From: Trichoplax sp. H2
Taxonomy: Eukaryota
DNA length: 64,000 nucleotides
Direction: 5' to 3'
Assembly (NCBI GenBank): GCA_003344405.1
Contig: NOWV01000142.1
Location: 62,001 to 126,000, forward strand
How positions within the stretch are numbered: the stretch's first letter is position 1; the number at the start of each line of letters is the position of its first letter. A program made the translations under genes and the position numbers. The notes under the pieces were generated by a model that ran no database searches, was not told the DNA's origin, and worked only from the letters and a program-made list of their open reading frames with translations. Positions 13,016 to 24,088 of the stretch are shown piece by piece.

Positions 13016-16000
13016 TTACTCTTCTAAGCAACTTGCTAGAACTTTGATATTTCCTTGATAATCCGCAGTAACTACAACTTCTCCATCGTATAGTTCGAGT
13101 ACATTTAGAAACTGCATCGCCATGCTGGGCACAGGAACAAAAACGGCGCTAGTAACAATTGCGGTATGGGCTAAAGCAAAATAAACGGAATTTATAATGG
13201 CATTGTAACATAAATTATACTGTTAAGTTGATTATATAAAATAAAACCTTGAAAACTTTCAAAACAGTCATTACGGTCTCGTCTGGAAGATGATTTTGCA
13301 TAATCATGGTACGTCTTCCAGGTATAAACGAAGTAATCCTCTGATCCACACACTATTGATTCGCCGCTTTGACTAAATTTAATAATTGCATAGAACTGGC
13401 GTCAATGCTAGATTTTGTGTACGAAAAAAACTACTGTATTTTAAACTATGACTAAATTTAGGCAAAGATGTCGTATCATTAATTGAAATAGCAAGATTAC
13501 TTGAAGCTAGCTCTTATCTGACTACTAGTGTTCAGACATCCTTTGTATTTGCAGGTCATTTTAAAATCTTTTAAATCGTATAGTCGAATACGAGAGTCAT
13601 TTGATGTTACAAGAATCTAGCATGAAGTCAATAACATCATTTATGATTATAAGGATCAATTCATAAATATCCTCGCTACTCTAGAAAATAAAGAAGTACC
13701 TTATCACTGCCAGGCATAGGTATTATGCCACAGATTTTTCTTCCTTTTGAATTTCGCCCCCGGGAGGATCGAACATGGATTTGGGTATGATATTTCAATT
13801 GCTAGTACGGTAATAAGATACGACGTCAAGATTATCCAATCATAGTAAAACACTTTTCCTAATTTTAAATCTACATTCAATTCACTAACCTCAGTATCGT
13901 AAAATATGCATCTTCCATCATAAGTGCCAATAACAGCATATTTACCTCTCTGGCAAAAATTGGTCGCAGTAATCAATTTTGCGGCTGCAATAAAATATAG
14001 TCAGAAAAATATTCAATTATGGCACCTGAAGCATATAGTGACGCAAATCTTACATGCATCAATTTCATTCCACATAGCGACTTTCTTTTTAGGGATATTC
14101 CATAACCGTAGCTTTCCATCGAATGATCCGCTAAGGAAATAGCGATCGTCCTGAAACATATCAAATTTAATGTTGCTATAGCTGGTTAAGTCGCACATAT
14201 AATATATAAACTGCGAAAAAATTTTTTAAAATTACAAACCAAGGGATGAAAGGCTATAGCAGCTACAAAGTCAGTATGAAGAAAACAACAAAGACACTCT
14301 TTTTGGGATACATGCCAGAGTCTATGCGGTTACAACAAGTTGATAAAATTACTAGATAATTATTGCAACATTATTAATTCAATATCATATGCTTTTCATA
14401 AAGACATACCTAACAGATTTATCCATTGAAGACGATAGCAAAAAATAATTACGCGACCAAGAGAGATCTAGAATATCAGCAGTGTGCCCATTAAATATGC
14501 ATAAAGGTTTACCAAGAAATGGGCCTTCTTCTAATGATCCTTGAGTCTAAGGGTATGTTATAAATACAGTGAAAGTAGTTTAGTATTTGAATCTACTACG
14601 CAAAAAAGTTGATCAGAGGCGCCTAAATAACAACAAATATTGTACCGGTTGACTTGTACTAGTTTTTTTCTTAGGTTTCTTTTGATCTATCAAAAATTGC
14701 ATAAATCATGGAAGAAATCTTGCATTAATCTGAGTACCTTCAGAATTTAGATTATAGACGAAAATTAGGCAATTACAAAGTATTACTATAATGGTTACTT
14801 GGTAACATCTCTTTGAAGTATTCCGAACAAATTTTTAAAACCCAAATTCGCTACAAAGGAAATTATATAAGCAAAAATCAACTCAATGCTCCAAAGATCT
14901 ACCAGTAGCTCAGAATGAATTTGAAATTAAATATTATATTAGAAATGCTATGATTCTGCCAGTACCACTACTGTATCTTGACCACCGCTCGCCTATAAAT
15001 TTTAAACAAATATCGAATGGTTAATGGACCAAGGTGTCTAAATTTTTAAAGTACGGAATTAAGGACTAGAGGTAAAGCTTACTAGTAACTTGCCACAATT
15101 GGAAAAACTCATTGTCCATATTGGTCCCTAATGATAAGAAGAGCATATTAACTTCTAATTATGATACAGCTTATATTATAAAAGAACAAAATTATGTCTA
15201 GATGCCAGTACCGTATGCTCTCCGCTTAAATCTTGCAGTAACTTTGTATTAGAAAATTCATACGGTCCTTTATGATGGGATGCAGCTTTATACTGTAATA
15301 TAGTAATATACATTTACACCGTCACTATAATCAGTCGTCTCGCACAAGTGAAGTGGTAAGAACTGCGTGTTTTTATATAGGTAGTAAAATGATCATACAC
15401 TTCGCTAAAATTGGGCTAATATATAATCGCTGATTGACGATACCTTTATTTGCTGGGTATGGTCACTTTGAACGTTTACTTCATCGTCTTCTTCCTTCTG
15501 ACCTACAATTCCAATAGAGAAGTAAAGTAATTTCAGCAACGATGTTATAGAAATAAAGAATAAAAATTTACAAACCATCATCTCCTTTCTTCTTTCTTTT
15601 AGTTCTCCTTCCTAAGAAATGTCTAAATCCTTTTCTAATAAAATTAAGAAGCAAAACGTGTTCTACATCATCAATACGAAGTAAACAATATTATTCAATC
15701 AACATGCAAAATGTTACTTTTTCTCCATCGATTTATCTTCCATATCAATTTTATCTTCCTGTTTATCGTCCACTTCTTCCTTTGTTTCTTCCTTTGTTTC
15801 TCCCTCACTAAAATTTAAAATAAAAGTGTTAACTTCTTTTATCACATACTGTAGAAACTTATTAGCATCAATCTATCTTACCGAGATAACTCAGAGGTAA
15901 TCTTCATTATATGCACTGAAAGAGGGTTTGCACCAGTAGGAATATGCTTCTCAGCCTCGCTTAATGGAATTTCGACACCCGTATCTAAGTCCTTTACCAT

Positions 16001-19000
16001 AACACCTTGCAATATTTTCTAATAAATTATGACAATTTAGAAACTTATGCAGTTATCACTTATCTAAAGTTATATCCTAATGTGGATACTAGTATGCGCG
16101 TCTAGCATATCAAAGTTTACAGTAAAATAGGAAACTGAAGTCTACCTTTTCACATGGTGGTTCGTGAGGTTTATCCTGCTTCGGTGATGTTGGTTCCGCA
16201 GTTTTGACAATTCTAGCACCTTCGAGAGCTGATTCAACAGTCATGTCCCTCTGAACGCGACTAGGTGATGCACTGTCTTCGCTAAGGTGTAAATGTTTCT
16301 TTCTCGTGGCCTTTAACAAATCTACGTCATAATATTTATTTAATATGCGTTACGATACATATAATATTCAAATCTACGTACTTGCTTGTACGTTACTTTC
16401 GTAAATATCTACGTAAATTGAAGAAACCAAAGACTGTTAATTTATATTATAATTAGGAACAATTTGGTGCGCCGCACCTTCTTTAACAGAGAATTTTTTA
16501 TCAGGCGTGGTCGGAACGTCATGGCTATTATCCTTACTAGATTTCAATGTGGTATCACCTTGGGTTATCTGCAAAAAAATACAGATAGAGAAACTGATAT
16601 ACTCTAATGCGATGATAAATATAATTGCGCCTAGATTAGAGGAAGCTTCTATCTGTATTACTTTTTAAATAAATTCCAACTTTATTATTAGATAACAATA
16701 GTATACTTTAAAAGTAAGATTTACAACATGGATGGAATGCAGTTTGTTTCGCCAATTCATTTAATCGCCGACACATATGGCATGATAGATATGGTATGTA
16801 CAAGGATACAGGGCAATAAAAAACTTACCTCATCCTTTGATGACACATTTTGAGTCAACCGCATAGACGAAACCTAAGTAATAATTAATAGGTATAAAGT
16901 ACATGATAACAGGAGCTATCAATCAAGCAACGTGATAACGAGATTATTCCTAGGCTTAAAATCAATTCATAAATTTATCGTGCAAAAACACAACACCTCA
17001 GTTTGAGATTGCGATGGCCGCTCGACATTGTTGCTGGTAACTTTACTGGGCTGTTCATCCGATGCCTCACTCCGACTATCTATGTCTTTATTACTACTAC
17101 TGTCACTACTTGGAGGAAAAGAAATTTTTCGAATTTCTGATTTCTTTGATTCATCGGAAGTGTGACTAGCTCTATCGGAAGAAGATGTCTTTCTCGCATT
17201 TAAATCAGGTTGACTTTCTGTTGGTTTGTCAATGTCTAGCGAACTGGTTAAATGTTGCGGCTTACTGGGTACAGACTTGGATTCTTCAGAAGTGGAGCTA
17301 GCTCCATCAGAAGATAATGCCTTTTCCATATTTAGATTAAGTTGGCTGTCTATCAGTTTATTCACGTCTGCTGAATTGGCTAAGCGTTGTGGTCCACGAG
17401 ATACGGTTTCCTCAACTTCATGCTGTTCATCAGTCTCAGCTTGCTTGATATTTTCCGCGGCATCGTCTATACTTAAATCTTTAAATACCGGTAATTCATT
17501 CGATGAGCATTGTAAAAAATCAACTAAAATTTCAAATGCTAATAATCGCTTCTACGGACTTTATAATCAACTCATTATTCTACAGAATCTATTTGTTCGT
17601 TAGAATACTGAATTTGAATTACCATTGGATGTTCTACTTCCTTTTGTGGATTGTTGGCTAGAAATACTGTCATTATCTGACTGTTCCTATATCACAATGA
17701 CGTCAAAGCAAATGTAAATGATTATGATGATTGTTATCCTAACTCATAAGAAAGCATCGGTAGCAAAAGTGTACGTACGAATGGTGCATCTTAATTATGT
17801 ACCATATAAGACATACGAGACTAAATTGTCTAAATATGTAGATCTAATGGAGAATTAGGCATCATTGAAGAAACAGACTGATCCATTATTCATAGCTAGT
17901 TAGATATATAGTTTATCTAGGTATAAAACAAGGTATGTAAGCCTTTATCGGTGATTCTACCGGTCGTTACAGAATCGATGAAATACTCAACTAATGTTGT
18001 ACATTAGCGCTAACAAATACAGTACGTAGATTAACATATTAGCTACTCAATACCGTGAGCTACTGTTAATGGAACTGAGTAATATTAGCTTCGTAAGTAA
18101 TAAAATTGTAAGTATGTATCCTGGAGGAACCGCATCTGTCAATTCTATGTGTTGTAATGAGTGGATAAATAACTATTTTATAGCTTTCTTCAATTCGTAC
18201 CACTTCTGGCCATATTGAAAAATAATTTCAAACTTTTGCAATCTTTTCATAAATTATGGTTTACAAAATAAATCTTTACCTTCTTGAAATGTAATATCAT
18301 GGACTACTACTAGACACTAGAAGTCTATGGTAAAATATCCTGCAATGCAAGGCATTCTTCGACGATTACTTTGATGTAAGAATACTCAGTCTCTATTCAA
18401 TCAATCAGTGATATATCTATCAGATCGAAAACGACGGTATCGGTTGATTATGAACTCGGATTGAAAGAGTATTCTCCTGTCGATATCGGCTATAATATGT
18501 CATAGTGACGTATCCTATTTTGCCAACAATGGCATATTCTCGTATACTGAGGTTAAGCTTAATCCAATATCATTATTCATGGTAAGTTTCAAACCTGCTC
18601 TGCTGATGGATCATCAGACACCTTTACAATATTAGTATCTTGATCAACGTTTGCATGATCGGATGATGGAGTCTGGTGAATATCTTGGTCGTCATTATTA
18701 GTATCATGATGGTCTTGATCCGCATTTGTATGAATATCGCCATCACTCTTGAAATGATCAGACGATTGATTTTCACCTGTATCCTGATCAGTATTTACAT
18801 GGCTGAATGATAGATTGTCATTCTTGTCCTTTTCAGTGTCACTGCAAGTATCATTAAGAGCGAGATAATTAGTCTATGCCATTACTGTCTGGGCAGCCAC
18901 TAGGACTGCATCATACGATTTGAGTTAATAACAGAAAATGTTTAACAGCTATTTCAAGCTAACATTAATTAGAGTCTATTCATGGGCTACTATTCTAATT

Positions 19001-20212
19001 AGTAGGTGATGTAGTAGCTGTATCCCGGTGGTGCATTGTCAATAAAGCTTTTCTAGTACTCTAGTATCAAAGTGAATTTTAATGAAAGTTAAATTACAAA
19101 TCCATTCAGTAGAGTGAATAGGTTACGCCTTCTACGCTATAATTTGATTCTTTGTCAAAGAAGGACCGATTCTTTTTCTGCGTGACCTAGATATCTTCTA
19201 CTATATAGAAGTCGCCATCATGGTACTACATGATTTCATCGACTAGATCAGATGGATGTCTTGTTACTGAATACTAACATCGATTCAAACTGAAATGGGA
19301 CTGCAATGATGAAACTGTACAATATAACGATAGAATCAAGGCAAAAAGCGAAAACTCATCGTCGACGACAGTACAATACTGTCCATGACAACAAGCGAGT
19401 CCATGTTTGTCAAGGATCATTCCATCTCTTTGTTTGACAGCAGGTAAAAGCATGGAAAAAACTGCTGATGCTAGCCAAGTTGGGAGTCAAGGCATCATTT
19501 CAACGACATGACAGTAGAAGAAAGCAAAAAATGAAAATGGATCGACGATGATCGTCCATGCTTGTCAAGGATCATTGGATCTCTTGGTATGGTAGCAAGT
19601 AAAAATAGGCCATCCACTGTTGAGGATTTCTTTATTGTCAATGAAAGTAGAGAGTTTATGGCCAAGGAAGAGGCATTTTTTTTCCTGTCTTGAATCAGTG
19701 GATTATGTTGACGTATTATCGCAGTGCTGTAGGGTAGTAGAGAGTATTGAAATGGCGATAAGACGTCCGCAGAACAAACAACGATGCACTCAAATGGATG
19801 CGATCCAAGTAGCACTGCTGTCAAGAGACTGGCAATAGCGATTGCTGGAGACTATTTCTTCCATGGTGTATCATGATATAAAATGGGATAAAATCATGTT
19901 ACGGGGCCGATAGGGGAAAACTGCTTGGTTCTACTGAACGATCAAGGAAGGCAAAGTCTACCTCATCGACTATGCTATCACGTCGTTTAATTAATGTTGA
20001 ATGCATTCTAATGATAGAAAAGCTATCATTAATCCTAATGTATACTCAATGGAAACAGTTATTTCAGTACATAAACAAAAACATCCATTATTTTGGCTAG
20101 TTGGACTTGGCCAACATAGCCATGAATAGAGCAATTAGCCATACTTAGAGCAAATTTTGAGTTCGTCTTCAGCATCGAAAAATTCGTCGGAGCTGCAATC
20201 ACTCGTCGCCAT
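13016..20212 (-). CDS. WDR44: WD repeat protein 44 (Rab11-binding protein / rabphilin-11), multi-exon
   Basis: ATG at 20212 opens exon 20145-20212 (MATSDCSSDEFFDAEDELKICS, FFAT motif). In-phase exons follow at 18595-18841, 17623-17686 and 16997-17523. Rab11-binding segment VMVKDLDTGVEIPLSEAEKHIPTGANPLSVHIMK lies at ~15883-16018. WD40 exons include DDRYFLSGSFDGKLRLWNIP and LITATNFCQRGKYAVIGTYDGRCIFYDTE. Last exon ...TADYQGNIKVLASCLEE ends with TAA at 13016-13018. Introns checked were GT-AG. Confidence 0.93.
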
Positions 20213-20498
20213 GTTGAGTGGAGGAGTTGACCGGAGCTGACGTCAATCTTTTGTGTCAGTCGTCCTGTCGAGTCAACTGGTATAGTGTCAAGGCGTTTTT
20301 TCCCAGTCTTGCAGAGATGTTGGCTAGTGGGGGATGTGAGGAAATGTCCGGTGGAACCCTTGTCTAAGCTTTCTGTCTATACTTGCTTCTCGATGTTGGA
20401 CTAGTGGATGGTAGACTGTTGCCTGTTCAGTCATGTTTTCACACTCTACTCAACACCAGTGTCCACGGTGATAAATAGTATGGACAAGAAATAATGTC

Positions 20499-22048
20499 AT
20501 GTATGACGGTTGGACTTGTTCTTGTCAGCAACGCTCTACACGACATCATTTATGCTAGCCACGGTTGACAGTTGTCCATCATTCCTCATTTCTGACAATT
20601 ACAGTAAGGCGTGATGAGTGCAGTAGAAGGAGCGAGTTGAGCAGTTGCAAAAGTTATGTCACTACTACAGTGCTACCTAGAATAACAAGTCATCATGATA
20701 GGTGACATTCATTTTGGGATGCAAATAGGACTGTGGTTCTACAGTATTTATACTGTGCACTGTACAGTACACCACGACAGTACTGTGTACTGCGAAATCG
20801 ACAGTGTGAGCAGAAGGAGCGAGTCGAGTAGTTGCAAAAGTTATGTCACTGCTACTGCGCTACGGCACTACCTACCTAGAATAACATGTCATCATGATAG
20901 GTGACATTCGTTTTGGGATGAAAATAGGACTGTGGTTCTACAGTATTTATACTGTGCACTGTACACCACGACAGTACTGTGTACTGTGAAATAGACAGTG
21001 TAAAGTACTGTACGGTCCAACAGCACGGCTATAGTGAACCGTACAATACTGTACTGCACGGTTATAGTAAACCGTACTACAACTGCAGTACAGTAACTGT
21101 CAACCAAAAAATAAAACTACAAAATGCGTGTGTCTAAATAAATTCATAATTCAATTATTAAAACACTAAAAGGAAAATCACTTAGGAAATAAATTCATTC
21201 ATTAATATGATATTGGAGGTGGTCACTGTTAGGTTCGATTAGACATGGATCAGGCTTTAATTCAATGAAAGTGTATCAGGGGAGAGGATCAACTACGTTC
21301 GTTAGCAGACAAGTTCTACTGGAGAAGTCGAGAATGCTGACAAGTTTGCTGTCTGGAAGANNNNNNNNNNNNNNNNNNNNATGTATGACGGTTGGACTTG
21401 TTCTTGTCAGCAACGCTCTACACGACATCATTTATGCTAGCCACGGTTGACAGTTGTCCATCATTCCTCATTTCTGACAATTACAGTAAGGCGTGATGAG
21501 TGCAGTAGAAGGAGCGATTTGAGTAGTTGCAAAAGTTATGTCACTACTACAGTGCTACCTAGAATAACAAGTCATCATGATAGGTGACATTCATTTTGGG
21601 ATGCAAATAGACAGTACAGTACTGTGTACTGTGAAATCGACTGTACTGTACACTGTACACACGACAGTACTGTGTACTGTGAAATAGACAGTGTAAAGTA
21701 CTGTACGGTCCTACAGCACGGCTATAGTGAAGCGTACTGTACTGCACGGTTATAGTAAACCGTACTACAACTGCAGTACAGTAACTGTCAACCAAAAAAT
21801 AAAACTCCAAAATAAGTGTGTCTAAATAAATTCATAATTTAATTATTAAAACACTAAAAGGAAAATCACTTAGGAAATAAATTTATTCATTAATATGATA
21901 TTGGAGGCGGTCACTGTTAGGTTCGATTAGACATGGTTCAGGCTTTAATTCAATGAAAGTGTATCAGGGGAGAGGATCAACTACGTTCGTTAGCAGACAA
22001 GTTCTACTGGAGAAGTCGAGAATGCTGACAAGTTTGCTGTCTGGAAGA
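20499..22048. repeat. Near-identical direct duplication (20499-21360 and 21381-22048) flanking a 20-N gap; probable allelic overlap in the assembly
   Basis: Both copies start ATGTATGACGGTTGGACTTG and end GTTTGCTGTCTGGAAGA exactly at the gap edges. Copy 1 carries an extra internal ~190-200 bp duplication. Confidence 0.9.
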
Positions 22049-22865
22049 TCTTCAAAGATACTGTCAAAAATATGACGCTCTTTGTAGTTATAGAAATAGA
22101 GTCTAGTGTGCCAGTGACGATGATCACGGAACACTACATAGATTGCTGGATTGAAAATAAAAGTAGTAATTTACTCCCGAAATAGCATTTCAATGAAAAT
22201 TGGATAATTATTGTAGCCGCGAATGCTACGAAAAGTATAAAAGCATGCAACTTTAGATTATTCTGTTAGTTCGTTCTGGAAGTCTTTAGAAGTAGTATTC
22301 GGCTAGAGTAGAGCTGTGTGTAGTTAATCTATGTATAAGATTCAATAAAGCCCTTATTTTTCTAAAATTTGGAATCTCGTGATTGGTATATATCACATGC
22401 TATCCTACTGTAACTTCAAAACTCGATGGAAGAATAAAACCTGAATAGAAATCAATCTATGGGCCTTTTTAAGACTAACTCCTAATAAATTACAAATCCT
22501 TCATCGCTGTACGCACTGTACAGTACTGTACTGTAGTAATGCTTCGCTAATGATGGCAGTACTCTACTCTGTACTGTACACAGGATGTTGTTACCTTTCA
22601 CTTAATTAATTATCGAAATCTCTGATTCTACTCGTATTGGATGATGGAATGAATTGCAATCATTTGACAGTCAATAAAAAGATACAGTATATCTGAATAT
22701 TGTGATAATATGTATTGGTCATTTTCTATTCTAGCTACAATATTGAACATTGCTTTTCCTTTCAAGCCTAAGCCATGATAAGTTACTATTTTATCACGTA
22801 ATACAGCAACTTCAAAGTAGCATCAAAATCGAGTCTTAAGATGAGCATTTGAAGTCCATTTTAGG

Positions 22866-23163
22866 AAAGAGTTTTCCATAGTTCAACTTCAAAGTAGCAT
22901 CATGAATTGGTGTTCAAAATCAGCATTATAGCTCTAGTTCATCAAGTATTCTCCATGATACAAAGAGTTTTCTATAGTTCAACTTCAAAGTAGCATAATC
23001 AATTGGTGTTCAAAATCAGCATTATAGCTCTAGTTCATCGAGTATTCTCCATGATACAAAGAGTTTTCTATAGTTCAACTTCAAAGTAGCATAATGAATT
23101 GGTGCTCAAAATCAGCATTATAGCTCTAGTTCATCCAGTAAGTATTCTCCATGATTCAAAGAG
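22866..23163. repeat. 96-bp tandem repeat, about 3 copies plus a partial upstream copy
   Basis: The unit AAAGAGTTTTCYATAGTTCAACTTCAAAGTAGCAT...CTCCATGATAC starts at 22866, 22962 and 23058. A partial CAACTTCAAAGTAGCATCA lies at ~22807. Confidence 0.92.
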
Positions 23164-24088
23164 GTAGTTGATAAAGATCAACTGCTAACAAGAAGAGAGA
23201 GGAACGGCAAAATCAGTCAAATACGGAGATCGACTATTTTCTCGGTCATTTCAATCCTATCGTCTAGGTACATTAAGCAACATCCGTTGCACTACTTGTT
23301 ATCAATAATAAAAATAATAAAGAAAGAACAGAGCATTGCCAGTCTCTCTTGAATTATTAATAATAATATTATTAATGCAGTAGCCATCTTTTGCACAAGC
23401 GGTCGATCACAACTTCTACTCTATACTGTATCCTATCCTTCCTCCTTTTTACAAGACGTTGTACTGCTTGACAGATGATGTTACAACACATTATCAATCT
23501 TATTTTCTCTTTCCACAGTACAGTAACGGAAGTTCTTTGGCTTGGGTCTCTACAGTACAATGTACTGTAGACTACAGTACAATATAGCATGCAGTACTGT
23601 AGAAATTGGACATCAAAGGACACAAAATGCACAAAGATGCGCTATCTTCGCTACTACTACGCATAACAGACTGCGTACAATACAGTATAGTAGGGTAATA
23701 AGCTGCGTTTGTTGCTTATCCTGGACGAACTAATCCTGTCTTAACGTGATAAAACTGCCATTGCAGCAAACAATTGGCGCATAGCCTGTTTTCACTGGGA
23801 CAAGAAAGACTTTCTCTTTTTTTTTTCTCAAAGAAATTTGTAAGTTTTCAAACTATTGCACAAGCACTATCACTTGCTAGTTTACTTCTTCATATTGCTA
23901 GATTGATTTTTGTAGCCGCGATAGAAAAGTAAGCAATGCGTAAGGGTGAAAAAAAAGAGTGAAACTATTGAATTTTGTTAGCCGCGTGACTAAAACCCTA
24001 TCGTCTTTTCAGGGTACGCGCTCGATCGAGCAGTGTCTGTGAAAATTGGCTATTTTCAGATTCAATTAACAATTATTATTGCACCGTG

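Noticed and set aside
17226-17603. 125-aa plus-strand ORF
   Set aside because: It is the antisense shadow of WDR44 exon 16997-17523.
19357-19838. ORFs 19495-19824(-) and 19620-19838(+) in WDR44 intron 1
   Set aside because: No recognisable domain. They overlap a diverged local duplication (GTCCATG.TTGTCAAGGATCATT twice), and exons 1 and 2 already join in phase without them.
20695-21810. Y/C/T/V-rich ORFs in the duplicated region
   Set aside because: They are translations of the TACAGTAC-type simple repeats, not proteins.
22866-23163. Tandem repeats as a possible CRISPR array or coding repeat
   Set aside because: The units are contiguous with no unique spacers, there are no cas genes, the context is eukaryotic and all frames contain stops.
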